Assembly: GCA_964510435.1 (NCBI GenBank)
Contig: CAZEBU010000002.1
Location: 5,458 to 69,457 of the forward strand
Source of the DNA: an uncultured Candidatus Saccharibacteria bacterium
GTDB taxonomy: Bacteria > Patescibacteriota > WWE3 > UBA101185 > UBA10185
Reading direction: 5' to 3'
DNA length: 64,000 bases
Numbering within the stretch: the first letter of the stretch is position 1; the number at the start of each line of letters is the position of its first letter. A program made the position numbers and the translations under genes. The notes under the pieces are model-generated. The model made no database searches, was not told where the DNA came from, and saw nothing but the letters and a program-made list of their open reading frames with translations. This document shows, piece by piece, positions 18,498 through 28,262 of this stretch.

Positions 18498-19970
18498 TTA
18501 TTGATAGATATATATCTTAGGACCTTTTCTATACTCGTTATCAATACTCAAGAGCAATTTTCTATCAGCTTTGCCCGCATCTTCCGAGACAAGAACCGAT
18601 CTTGCCACCATATCATCCGCTTTTTTGATATGTACATTTTTTATCTCCACCCTCTCCAACACAGGTTTAAAATCAGCGTCTTCATAATACACAGTACTTA
18701 ACTCTCTCTTATTATCCTGAAGCCAATAATATAGCAGCTGGCGGGTGTCTTTTCGATAAAAAGTATAAGAACCTTGTAAAGTCAGCAAAACCGGTACTAA
18801 AAAAACCACCACCCAGATAAGTTCTTTATACTTGAACTTAAATTTAAACTTCTCCAAAGCTGAGATCAACAAACCAATGCCGCTGATAATAACAAATGGG
18901 TAGGCTACAAAATAATAGTGTGCCCGGTCATTCTCAAAACCTGTAATGTAGTATATGAAAAGCATACCCAGAACATTAAGATACAAAAGATCCCTTGTGT
19001 TAAAAAAACTTTTGTCTTTAATGATTTTCAGCAAGATATAAAACACAGAAACCAGAAACATAATTGCAAATGTATAACCAAAGTTCTCAAAAAGTTTTTC
19101 CGGAAAAATTAGAATAAATTCTCTAATATGCTCTCCTAAAGGCAAACTACCCACATTCTTAAATTGCCATAAAGCACCTTTCGGGCCATCCGTTCTTAAA
19201 AAAGTCTGGTAATCAAGAACGGCAAAGGGAGTTCCCGCCACAAAACCTATTAAAGAAGTAATTCCTGCAAAAACAAGGTTCTCTAAAGACTCCAAACTAA
19301 TTATTTTTTCGCTTCTTTCCCACCACAACCTAAAAAAATGCGCGAGTAAAATAGCAAAGATGATAATGGCTCCGTTATACTTTGTAGAAGCGGCCAAGCC
19401 CGCAAACAAGCCTGCTAATAAGTAATTAGAAACATTTTTCTTAAAGAGTATCCGTGTTGAAAAATAAAGCGACCAAGTAAGAAAAAAGGTCATAGGGACA
19501 TCCGCCAGCGAATAGTGAGAATGCCATACATGAAAGGGAACAACAGCAAAAGCCAGCGCCGAGAGTAAACCTGCTCTCCTGCCAAATAGATCCCTGCCAA
19601 TCAAAAATATAGGTAAAGCCGTTAAAGCACCTAAAACAGCTGAAAAAACTCTGGTTAACAAGTAGAAGATCAGTTTGTCATTCCAGATTATAGGTGCCAA
19701 GAAATAAGTATATTCCTTATAACCTAAGAGCTGGATCAAATCTCTTAATTTTGCAAAAACCATGTATAAGAAATAATTTAGGTATATATAGAGATGCGGC
19801 CAGTCAAAATGCCCGGGATTCTTAAAAAATCTAATACCTAGTGCTGAGCGAACGATGGTTGGCTCATCAGGGTGAAAAATAAATGGGAAAGAATGTGAAA
19901 TACCAATAAGCCTAATGGCTATGCCCACAGCTATAATTATTATAAGATATTTACTTGTCTTGTTTAACAT
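18498..19970 (-). CDS. GT-C-type membrane glycosyltransferase (GT39/ArnT/PMT_2-like)
   Basis: An HPDEP acidic motif sits in the first periplasmic loop after TM1 (IFHPDEPTIVRSALG). There are about 11 TMs and a short C-terminal soluble domain. Confidence 0.65.
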   Translation of the reverse strand: MLNKTSKYLIIIIAVGIAIRLIGISHSFPFIFHPDEPTIVRSALGIRFFKNPGHFDWPHLYIYLNYFLYMVFAKLRDLIQLLGYKEYTYFLAPIIWNDKLIFYLLTRVFSAVLGALTALPIFLIGRDLFGRRAGLLSALAFAVVPFHVWHSHYSLADVPMTFFLTWSLYFSTRILFKKNVSNYLLAGLFAGLAASTKYNGAIIIFAILLAHFFRLWWERSEKIISLESLENLVFAGITSLIGFVAGTPFAVLDYQTFLRTDGPKGALWQFKNVGSLPLGEHIREFILIFPEKLFENFGYTFAIMFLVSVFYILLKIIKDKSFFNTRDLLYLNVLGMLFIYYITGFENDRAHYYFVAYPFVIISGIGLLISALEKFKFKFKYKELIWVVVFLVPVLLTLQGSYTFYRKDTRQLLYYWLQDNKRELSTVYYEDADFKPVLERVEIKNVHIKKADDMVARSVLVSEDAGKADRKLLLSIDNEYRKGPKIYIYQ

Positions 19971-21519
19971 AAAAACGCCAATATTCCAATCCGTTTATAA
20001 AAATAGACGAATCCTGGATAAATTTTACCTCACTTTTAAGAACTTTTTCGGGAATCTCTTCATTTACAGCCAGAACAAGAATTTTATAATCTCCGGTACC
20101 GGAAATTCTAATATCTGAAACCAGGGAGTTGGGATAGATTGATCTTATGGGTTTTGTGTCTATGAATCCCACCTTTACTTGAGAACCATAATTCTCCTGT
20201 AGATGTTTCTTAACTTCAAAAATGCCTATACCAAAAGATTTCTGGGCTATTATCTTGTTGGCTTGCTGACTATTTCCGAATAAGGGACTGGTATAGGTAA
20301 ATTGGTAAGGGTGTAGCTTGATCACCGGCCAGATAACGTAGACCATAAATATTATTAAGAAAAGGAGTTTAAGGTTTTTATGAGAGTGATAAACTTTTAG
20401 CAGGCGGCAATATCCAAAAACAGCCATGATACCTAAGATGGGAAAGAGTACTATCATGTACCTATCGAGTTTCTTTGCGGGAAAAGTCATGACCAGAAAA
20501 TATCCCAGATAGAAAATGGCAAGATATATAAAAAGTCTTTTGGCTTTTTCTTTTAAATTCATCTTCGAAAAACTTCTTATAAAATTCAGGAGATAGAGCA
20601 ATACCCCACCTAGTAAGAAAGGCGATGTCTTCATTAATATCACTAGCGGATAAAAGAAAATACCCGGATCCTTGGTAAGCTCTCCAAAAAATATCTGACT
20701 ATGTCCTTTTCGAACACCTATTCTGCTACCTTCACTAAATATATCCTTTAGTACTTCCCACGGTTTATCCCACAAAGCAGGGAAAAATAAAAAAGTTGCC
20801 GCCAAAAAGGGTAGTGTGATTACTAAAACATACTTCAAAACTTTCCGAAAATCCCTCCGGGTATAATATAAGAAAGATCCTCCCACAATAATAGTGAATA
20901 GGTAGGCACCTACACCAATACTTCTGGTTAAAAAGGAGGCTGCTAAAAACAAGCCGCAAATTAAACCATAAGTTTTATCATCTGTCTTAATGTAAAGATA
21001 GGAAAGCAGTAACGAAGAAAAAATAAATAGCATAAAGATAAGGTCCATATGGTACAGTCTTGAATTACCAACAATAAAGGGCTCCATGCTCATAACAAAC
21101 ACCACCAGTAATGACTTTTTGAAGCCTATTACTTTTGTCAACCAGTAGATTATTAATATACTTAGCACTAGCTGTACCAAGACCAGGGAATATTTGGCAA
21201 TAAAGTGGAAAGCGTAAAAGCTAAATTGATCATAAAGGGTAATGTTGATGATCTGCTTAAAGATCTCTATAGGAATTCCCGTGAGCCACATTAAAGATAC
21301 GCCAGGATGATAGTGCTGATAAGTTTTGCTAAATATCTGGTGCTTAAGACCAACAACAAACTGTTCTGATCTGTAGTGCCAATTTACAGCATCCGGATTA
21401 ATTGTATCGAAACCCAGCTGAGGAAGTCTTGTGATAAGAAATAGGATCACAAAAACAAGTAGCCAAATGATGGTCTTTTTATTAAGCGTCTTTACCCAAT
21501 GCATAGATAACTCCTCCAA
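19951..21519 (-). CDS. GT-C-type membrane glycosyltransferase (PMT_2-like), paralog B
   Basis: QHYHPGVSLMWL aligns with KYHPGVTLMWL of 16863..18494, and the topology is the same. Length is 522 aa. Confidence 0.65.
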   Translation of the reverse strand: MEELSMHWVKTLNKKTIIWLLVFVILFLITRLPQLGFDTINPDAVNWHYRSEQFVVGLKHQIFSKTYQHYHPGVSLMWLTGIPIEIFKQIINITLYDQFSFYAFHFIAKYSLVLVQLVLSILIIYWLTKVIGFKKSLLVVFVMSMEPFIVGNSRLYHMDLIFMLFIFSSLLLSYLYIKTDDKTYGLICGLFLAASFLTRSIGVGAYLFTIIVGGSFLYYTRRDFRKVLKYVLVITLPFLAATFLFFPALWDKPWEVLKDIFSEGSRIGVRKGHSQIFFGELTKDPGIFFYPLVILMKTSPFLLGGVLLYLLNFIRSFSKMNLKEKAKRLFIYLAIFYLGYFLVMTFPAKKLDRYMIVLFPILGIMAVFGYCRLLKVYHSHKNLKLLFLIIFMVYVIWPVIKLHPYQFTYTSPLFGNSQQANKIIAQKSFGIGIFEVKKHLQENYGSQVKVGFIDTKPIRSIYPNSLVSDIRISGTGDYKILVLAVNEEIPEKVLKSEVKFIQDSSIFINGLEYWRFYVKQDK

Positions 21520-22366
21520 TTAAGCTAACTCCTAGTCTAAAAAGATGGTAGACCAAGGAGGCGCTTAAACTTAAACTTCCTAGAACTCCTACTACGGCAA
21601 ATAGTTTCATGTACAAGGCATCCTGCACACCAATACCGTTTAGTGAGGGGATAAAAAATCCTGCCAAAGTAATTACCGGAAATATAAAAAGCGCATACAC
21701 AATAGGGAGCTTTATTCCTAAAGCCAGAAAAACAAAATACTGCGTAGCTATGGCAAGAAACTGTACTATAAATGAGGTAATAAAAGCCCATAAAAGTATT
21801 TTGTTCTTGCCTCGATAGGCATTTAACGAATGGTAGAGTTTTCTTACCTTTTCGGATCTGGAACTTAGAAAACTTAATAAATAAAAACCTATGAGTATTC
21901 CTACTACAAAAACTATTAAAATTAGCGCTCCCCAAATCCCCAGCATTTTTACCAAACTAAAAACAGAAATTAAACCTAGAGCAACAACTCCGGTAAATCT
22001 CTCCATAAAGGTAGCCGAAAAAGCATCCACAGCATCACCAAGCTTTTTTCCCAGTTTGTAAACTTTATAGACGTCTCCACCAATGCTGGTGGGCATGAAG
22101 TTGTTAAAAAATGCACCGGTAAAATATAGGTAGGTCAGGTATTTCACAGATACCCTCTCGGAATTCTTATGGATCAATAATGTTTTCCATCTATAGGAGC
22201 TGACAAGATAGTTTGTGACCAAAAGAAGTATGATAAACGGCACATATCCATAATCCAAAAGCCTAAAATTATTAAGAAAGCTTTCTTTATCCACACCATA
22301 AAAAATAATGGCTATAAGACTCACGCTTATAGTGAGTTTAATAATAAAGTTCCTTTTTTCTTTCAT
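21482..22366 (-). CDS. UPF0104 / LPG-synthase-TM family membrane protein (flippase-like domain)
   Basis: The protein is 294 aa with about 8 TMs. The N-terminal pattern KLTISVSLIAIIFYGVDKESFLNNFRLL..YVPFIILLLV is typical of the MprF-like flippase domain that often accompanies GT2 enzymes. Confidence 0.55.
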   Translation of the reverse strand: MKEKRNFIIKLTISVSLIAIIFYGVDKESFLNNFRLLDYGYVPFIILLLVTNYLVSSYRWKTLLIHKNSERVSVKYLTYLYFTGAFFNNFMPTSIGGDVYKVYKLGKKLGDAVDAFSATFMERFTGVVALGLISVFSLVKMLGIWGALILIVFVVGILIGFYLLSFLSSRSEKVRKLYHSLNAYRGKNKILLWAFITSFIVQFLAIATQYFVFLALGIKLPIVYALFIFPVITLAGFFIPSLNGIGVQDALYMKLFAVVGVLGSLSLSASLVYHLFRLGVSLIGGVIYALGKDA

Positions 22367-23832
22367 CTCTTCGAACCTTTAATAAAACCGGTAACTTTTT
22401 GGACAAAAGAAAACAGCTCCTCTTTTCTGATAAACCCTGCTATGTGTACTGACCATAAATACAAACCTACAAATATAAAATATGCCGGAAACTTAACATA
22501 AATATTAGAAATACTCCCCATATGGCTGACAACCAACGCCTGTACCATCAACAAAACATGCGCATAAGAAATAAACCTGATCTGCAGCCTACTTTGCAAG
22601 AGGCGCACCATATAAGCAAATCCTAAAAATGAACCCAAAAGCATTGAATACGACATGGTATAAACGGGGTTGTAAAACTTTCGGGTAATAAAATAGAAAC
22701 CTACGGTAACAATAAACATTAATAAAAATCCTAAAATCATATCTTTCACCTTTTTCGCGGGGATAGCCAAACTTGATTTTAAAATATTTATCAGAGAGAC
22801 AAAAATGAAACTAAACACCATGGGTAGCAACAAGGGTATTGCCTCGTTATATTTACTACTGCCGATCAAAACCTGTATTAACTCTTTTGCCCAATAAATT
22901 GCCGACATGGCAAAAAAGACGATAGTAACAAAGACTCTATTAAAGTTTTCGGCAAAGATATCCCTAAATTCCTTAATATTATGCACAAATTTCTCGGAAA
23001 AAACAGGTAGATTAACATCAGTTATGGCATCTGATACATGCATAAGTTTTTTGGCATACAACAAAGCAAAGGAATAGATTCCCAACCATTCAATATTACC
23101 GATAAATCCCAATAAGTTAGTTCCCGATCTTTCCCAGTTGATAACCAATATTTTTACAATGTAAATTGACATTCCTAAAGAAAACAATTCTTTGAAAATT
23201 TGTGTGAATTCATTTTTGGTGGGAAATCTCAATTTTTTGTAATAGGGTTTTAGGGCTATAATACCGTAACTTACAGTCTTTAGAGTTTCATGTATGAGTC
23301 CGGCATAAAAAAAGCCCAAAATCTTGTATTGATAAACCAAAGGAACGTAGAGGAGCAGGCTAACTAAAGCAACCACTACTTGGAAGATAAATAATTCTTT
23401 AAACCTCTTTGTGCCCGAAATAACTGCGTTAAAGATTGCTTGACTACCCTGCAGAAAGATGATCACCGCAAAAATTCGTAAAGGTAATAGTATCTCCATA
23501 AACTCATAGGCTGCAGAAATTCGCGGTGCAAAAACAAACAAACCCACGGCTATGGGAGTGGTTACCAGATATCTCACTGAAACGGTGGTAATAAATATTT
23601 TAAAGACATCTTTTTTCTTTTGGGCAGCAGCAATTTCTCTATTGGAAGCGCTAGCTAAGCCAAGATGTTGGTAGATCCCCAGTGCCGAACCCACCGAAAC
23701 CACTAACTGCACTAAACCCCACTCGCCAACACTCAATATGCGCAAAATTAAAAAGCTCTGGACTATACCCAAGAGCATGGCAGACATTCGAGAGACAAAA
23801 CTGATGAATTGCCACTTTTCTAATGAACGCAT
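22363..23832 (-). CDS. Wzx-like polysaccharide-biosynthesis flippase (MOP superfamily)
   Basis: The protein is 489 aa with about 14 TMs. The Polysacc_synt-like N-terminus is LLGIVQSFLILRILSVGEWGLVQLVVSV. Confidence 0.7.
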   Translation of the reverse strand: MRSLEKWQFISFVSRMSAMLLGIVQSFLILRILSVGEWGLVQLVVSVGSALGIYQHLGLASASNREIAAAQKKKDVFKIFITTVSVRYLVTTPIAVGLFVFAPRISAAYEFMEILLPLRIFAVIIFLQGSQAIFNAVISGTKRFKELFIFQVVVALVSLLLYVPLVYQYKILGFFYAGLIHETLKTVSYGIIALKPYYKKLRFPTKNEFTQIFKELFSLGMSIYIVKILVINWERSGTNLLGFIGNIEWLGIYSFALLYAKKLMHVSDAITDVNLPVFSEKFVHNIKEFRDIFAENFNRVFVTIVFFAMSAIYWAKELIQVLIGSSKYNEAIPLLLPMVFSFIFVSLINILKSSLAIPAKKVKDMILGFLLMFIVTVGFYFITRKFYNPVYTMSYSMLLGSFLGFAYMVRLLQSRLQIRFISYAHVLLMVQALVVSHMGSISNIYVKFPAYFIFVGLYLWSVHIAGFIRKEELFSFVQKVTGFIKGSKR

Positions 23833-23841
23833 AACTAAGTC

Positions 23842-23878
23842 ATTATATCTTGCTACGCTCGATGCGTCACTTTGTGAC
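23842..23878 (-). promoter_or_regulatory. Promoter P2. On the minus strand it reads AAAGTGACG -35, 17-nt spacer, TATAAT, 9 nt, then the ATG of wzx. The -35 lies inside the dyad GTCACtttGTGAC.
   Basis: Plus strand attata is at 23842-23847 and cgtcac at 23865-23870. The same architecture and the 16-mer GTCACTTTRTGACTAA recur at 36405-36420. Confidence 0.45.
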
Positions 23879-23894
23879 TAATCTAGTTTTGGGA

Positions 23895-26018
23895 TTAATT
23901 TACTGTTACCGTGCCTAAATACATGCTTCGGGTTCTTATTTTATTTCCCATACCTACAAATAAAAGATACTCTCCCGAATCAAGGAATTCAGGGGCAACC
24001 ACCTCAACACTCTCAAAATAATATCTGTTTTTTTCCCACTCCTCAGGCCTTTTTAAGGAAAAAGAGGGTAGATTAGCTAATTGATAAACTTCACCTGTTT
24101 CGCGGTTAACAAATGAGGTAAACATGAGATAGTCCTCTAAAGAAGTGTCCTTTTTAGATCCACTACCCCATCGGTGATAAACAATGTCAATTTTCTTGCT
24201 AATTCCTTTCTCAAAAACTTTGGGAATTTCGTAATCAACCACATTTACTCCTTGGAAAAATTCATAATCAAACTTGCCATCATAACGAAATATTTCTTGT
24301 ATAGGTAAAAGGGTTTCTTTATCATGTGGCCCTACTTTTTCGAAAACAAAAAAGTTCCCACAGCCGATTTTCAGTTCGTAATCTTCGCTTTTGATAACTT
24401 TCTCCACCACGTCCCTGATAATTTCCACGTCTATGTCCAAAATTGTGGTTATTTTTCTAGCAAAGACATCTATAATAAGGTAATCTGCCTCGTTATAAAG
24501 TGCCGGGAAAATGGCATACGTTTCTCTTTTAGCTAGGTGAGCGCCAAATGAATCTGAGCCGGAAACCGAAGCCCCGTCCGGTATCATTTTAACAATTTTT
24601 AATGCACACTCGCGATCTTTATCCTCCAGCTCTGTTAAACGCACAACTTCTCCTGTTGTCAGGTCTTTTTTGATAATTCCCTTGTCTGTCTTGGCAAAAA
24701 CTCGGGAAACGATTCTCTTCTGAAATGCCTGAGAAAGCCACAAATAAACCGGATTGTTGTAATAATGCATGGTAGTCAGGCTGAAAACAAAAACAAGCAG
24801 CGAAAACACCACTACGGTGTGTTTCTTTTTGATGTACTTCCGGAAAATATTCGAAAAATAGCCAATGGTCAATATTGTCGCGATGAACAAAACGGGAATG
24901 ATCATGGATATTCTATGATTGGTTATCTCCGCAGTACCGATACCTCCAGCAGAGGTCATAAAATTAATAATTAGATCCGGAAAAGCCATCGCCAAGGCTA
25001 AGGGGTGAGCAAAAGGCAGAAAAGCCAACGGCTCAAAAGTTCTACGAAAATTCTCCACTTTATCCCCTCCAAAGAAGACGCTCACCGATCTATCGGGCAT
25101 CAAAACTATATTTTTGGCTATTTCCAAATATGAATCACCAAATTCCTCATACCTATTAAGAAAATAATTGGGTAGGGCCACATCCCTCACGGTTGATCCC
25201 TGAATTCCCAAAGATTCGGCAAACTTTAAATAACCTTCCACCCTATATGAAGAATAGGCTGGAATAATTACAAAAAATGAAAGGAAAAACCAAACGGCAC
25301 TTACTAAAATCATGCTTGATCCCAGCTTGCCTGTTTTTGAAGAAAGCATACTTTTTAGATCCGGGTTTTCTTCATTCCTTAACAAAATGATAAATACCCC
25401 AAACATAAAGATATACAAGGGTACCTGCTCTTTTCCCATCATGGTAATTATTAAAAACACCCAAAAAAGAATCAGCGAGTTCTTATTGAGTGTGTTTTTC
25501 CGGTAATTTTTTTCGAAAATATAAAAGGCCGCTAAGAAAAACGGGATGACCGCCGTAACCCCATGAAAACCAGACCAAGCTGTTATATAACCTATGGAAG
25601 GATTTACCAAATAGGCTGTAGCTAGTAAAAAGGCAGCAAATTTTGATTGCAAATGAAGCTTAGCTATCGCATAAACCAAAAATGACGAAAAAATGACCAA
25701 TATTAACTGCGAGACCACCAAAGTCATAGCGTGTGGAAACAATTTAAAAATAGGTACAAAGAGATATAAAACAGGATCAACATGACTCATAGCCCACCTC
25801 GGTAAATTAGTCCCAAAATAATCAGTTAAGTATAGTCCTCTTCCTTGGCCGGCATTCCAAACCATTTGTGTCATATTCCCTAGATCAAATTTGCCGTAGT
25901 CAAAATTGCTATATCTAAAGAAATTTATCTTCAATGTTGCCGCCAACATTACCATGGAAAATAAAAATAACAAAACCAAAAAACCATGCTTTTTCATAAA
26001 AATAAAAATCTTTTGCAT
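23895..26018 (-). CDS. DUF2079-family membrane protein (predicted GT-C-like) with a large C-terminal extracytoplasmic domain
   Basis: The N-terminus FFRYSNFDYGKFDLGNMTQMVWNAGQGRGLY...SHVDPVLYLFVP matches the DUF2079 signature. Length is 707 aa. Confidence 0.6.
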   Translation of the reverse strand: MQKIFIFMKKHGFLVLLFLFSMVMLAATLKINFFRYSNFDYGKFDLGNMTQMVWNAGQGRGLYLTDYFGTNLPRWAMSHVDPVLYLFVPIFKLFPHAMTLVVSQLILVIFSSFLVYAIAKLHLQSKFAAFLLATAYLVNPSIGYITAWSGFHGVTAVIPFFLAAFYIFEKNYRKNTLNKNSLILFWVFLIITMMGKEQVPLYIFMFGVFIILLRNEENPDLKSMLSSKTGKLGSSMILVSAVWFFLSFFVIIPAYSSYRVEGYLKFAESLGIQGSTVRDVALPNYFLNRYEEFGDSYLEIAKNIVLMPDRSVSVFFGGDKVENFRRTFEPLAFLPFAHPLALAMAFPDLIINFMTSAGGIGTAEITNHRISMIIPVLFIATILTIGYFSNIFRKYIKKKHTVVVFSLLVFVFSLTTMHYYNNPVYLWLSQAFQKRIVSRVFAKTDKGIIKKDLTTGEVVRLTELEDKDRECALKIVKMIPDGASVSGSDSFGAHLAKRETYAIFPALYNEADYLIIDVFARKITTILDIDVEIIRDVVEKVIKSEDYELKIGCGNFFVFEKVGPHDKETLLPIQEIFRYDGKFDYEFFQGVNVVDYEIPKVFEKGISKKIDIVYHRWGSGSKKDTSLEDYLMFTSFVNRETGEVYQLANLPSFSLKRPEEWEKNRYYFESVEVVAPEFLDSGEYLLFVGMGNKIRTRSMYLGTVTVN

Positions 26019-26019
26019 C

Positions 26020-26724
26020 TTAGTCTAAGAATCTATATCTCAGTAAAGTTAATAACGCTGACAAACCATCTTTCCAGGTAATCTTTTTACCTTCAGAATG
26101 AGTTCTCCCTTTATAAGAAATGGGTACTTCCTTTATTCTCATCTTTGCTTTAAGTATCTTTGCCGTAATTTCCGGCTCAAAATTAAACCCCTTAGACTTG
26201 ATGTTTATTTTCCTAATAAAATCCCCCGGCATTAATTTGTAACAAGTTTCCATGTCGGTCAGCAAGACACCAAATAAAATATTGGTCACTAGGGTAAGAA
26301 GTTTATTCCCCACATAATGCAGATTAGTCATATCCTCATAGTTACCGGAAAACCTTGAACCATAGATCACATCCACATCTTCTTCTTCTAAAACCCTCAG
26401 CAATTTAAGATAGTCGTTGGGTTCATACTCCAGGTCTGCATCCTGCACGATAACGTAATCTCCGGTGGTGTTTTTAAAACCTTCCTTTAGTGTGTCCCCT
26501 TTTCCGGAGTTTTCACTTTTGTAGTAGATCTTCAATTGAGGATCTTTTTTAAAAAGTTCTCTTAAAATATCCCGTGTGCCATCGTTGGAAAAGTCATCAA
26601 TAAGAATAATTTCCTTGGTAATTTTTCCTAGATCAACCTTTTTTACTTTAGCCAACAATTCTAAAACAGTTTTCTTCTCGTTAAAAACAGGTATAACAAT
26701 GGATAATTTTTTAACATGATGCAT
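26020..26724 (-). CDS. GT2 glycosyltransferase, Dpm1-like polyprenyl-phosphate sugar synthase (soluble, 234 aa)
   Basis: LSIVIPVFNEKKTV...ILIDDFSNDGTRDIL and VQDADLEYEP are present. Confidence 0.8.
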   Translation of the reverse strand: MHHVKKLSIVIPVFNEKKTVLELLAKVKKVDLGKITKEIILIDDFSNDGTRDILRELFKKDPQLKIYYKSENSGKGDTLKEGFKNTTGDYVIVQDADLEYEPNDYLKLLRVLEEEDVDVIYGSRFSGNYEDMTNLHYVGNKLLTLVTNILFGVLLTDMETCYKLMPGDFIRKINIKSKGFNFEPEITAKILKAKMRIKEVPISYKGRTHSEGKKITWKDGLSALLTLLRYRFLD

Positions 26725-26726
26725 GA

Positions 26727-28262
26727 TTAGTCCACAAATTTCAAAATTTTCGTAAAAAACTCGGTACCTCTGATAGTATATCTGAATTCTTTTACCTCTT
26801 CTAAATGATCAACTTTCCGGGCATCAAAATCCATGGTGGGATTGTGCTCATTAGTGATCATAACGTAATCCAGGTTTTTCTCTGATAAAACATCATAGGT
26901 CCTTCCCACCCTAGCATCCATATTAAGATAAATTCCGGTAAGGTCGTCACCAGTTTGCCGGCGGTTTAAATACCAGTCTGAGACACTGCTCACATCGTTA
27001 TAAGCTACCCTACCCTGTAAATTTTTTGTCACATAAAGATTGGCGTCTATAACAGCTTTAAATATGTCTTTGTGAAGTGAAATAGAAGCGTACGACCAAA
27101 TAATTAACGACAAAATTAAAGTAGCCATGAACCAGGTATACTTCTTGAAATAAATAAAACTGAAATTAGCTATCTGCAACAGTATAGCTGCGTACAACAA
27201 CTGCTTATCCAAGATCAAGAATTGCAATCTCAAAAAGTATTGTGATAACAAATAAACCATAAATAACAAGGGCAGAGATAGGGTAATTTTAAACGAAAGG
27301 ATCCTATCTTCATGAAAATATTGGTAAATTGACATGGCCAAAGGAATGATCATAAGAGGAATTATGGGAGTAAATAATCTAGGAATAGCGGCGGGCCAAA
27401 TTAAAGCTAAGGTTAATTCTAAGATTATAAAGATACCCAAAGCTAAGTTTGTTGACAATAATCGTTTTAGCTTCCCATGTTTGCCAAAAACAAAAAAGAA
27501 GGCTGAGGTAAAACCAAAAAGATACAGTAAGGAAGCAAGATAGATCACAACCATACGCACATCATAAGCCCTGCCGCTTGGCTCCTCTAAATAGCTCGAG
27601 GTAAGGGGATTCCTGTACAAAAACCAAGGCATCATCACCAGAAGAAAAGTGATAAAAAGAACCGCCGCCTGCTTGATCTTTTCAGGCTTAAAACCCTTAA
27701 GCAACATACCCAAACCTAGAGATGCGCCCAAAAGATACCCTTCAAACCTCATCAGTGAAGCTAAACCTACAACTAGACCCAGCAGAGCTATTTTCCGGTA
27801 ATTTAAGTTTCCTTGCCATTTCCGATAAAGATAAAAAAGTAAGATTACCAAAGCGGTAAAAGGCAGGTCTGCCATAATCCGTATTGACCAGTAGAGTAAA
27901 ACCGGATTAAAAGTAAATAATAGTAAAGCCAGATCCTTAGTGCCTTTTTCCAGACTATAAGTCTCCAGTAATTTTTTAAATAGTAAAAAGGCGGCCAGAC
28001 TGAAAACAAACATTTCCACCCTACCCCAAAGCGCCTGATCCACATTTTCAGGTCTAAGGGCTAAAAGTAATGAAAACAAGGGTTGCCTCTTCTCATCTTC
28101 GGGGTACTCTCCCTGCCTGATAAACTCTGAGGCTCTCAATATGCGGTAGCTATCCCCCCACTCAGCATAATTAATGTTAAAGAGCAGTAGGTGGGTAACA
28201 ACAAAGATCCAAAATAATTTATTGGAGGTAATTTTCTTTAACACGCTTGTATATTCCCTCAA
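26727..28262 (-). CDS. GT-C-type membrane glycosyltransferase (GT39/GT83-like)
   Basis: The N-terminal polytopic region has an acidic first-loop motif (YAEWGDSYRILRASEF..YPEDE). The C-terminal ~130 aa are soluble. Length is 511 aa. Confidence 0.6.
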   Translation of the reverse strand: MREYTSVLKKITSNKLFWIFVVTHLLLFNINYAEWGDSYRILRASEFIRQGEYPEDEKRQPLFSLLLALRPENVDQALWGRVEMFVFSLAAFLLFKKLLETYSLEKGTKDLALLLFTFNPVLLYWSIRIMADLPFTALVILLFYLYRKWQGNLNYRKIALLGLVVGLASLMRFEGYLLGASLGLGMLLKGFKPEKIKQAAVLFITFLLVMMPWFLYRNPLTSSYLEEPSGRAYDVRMVVIYLASLLYLFGFTSAFFFVFGKHGKLKRLLSTNLALGIFIILELTLALIWPAAIPRLFTPIIPLMIIPLAMSIYQYFHEDRILSFKITLSLPLLFMVYLLSQYFLRLQFLILDKQLLYAAILLQIANFSFIYFKKYTWFMATLILSLIIWSYASISLHKDIFKAVIDANLYVTKNLQGRVAYNDVSSVSDWYLNRRQTGDDLTGIYLNMDARVGRTYDVLSEKNLDYVMITNEHNPTMDFDARKVDHLEEVKEFRYTIRGTEFFTKILKFVD

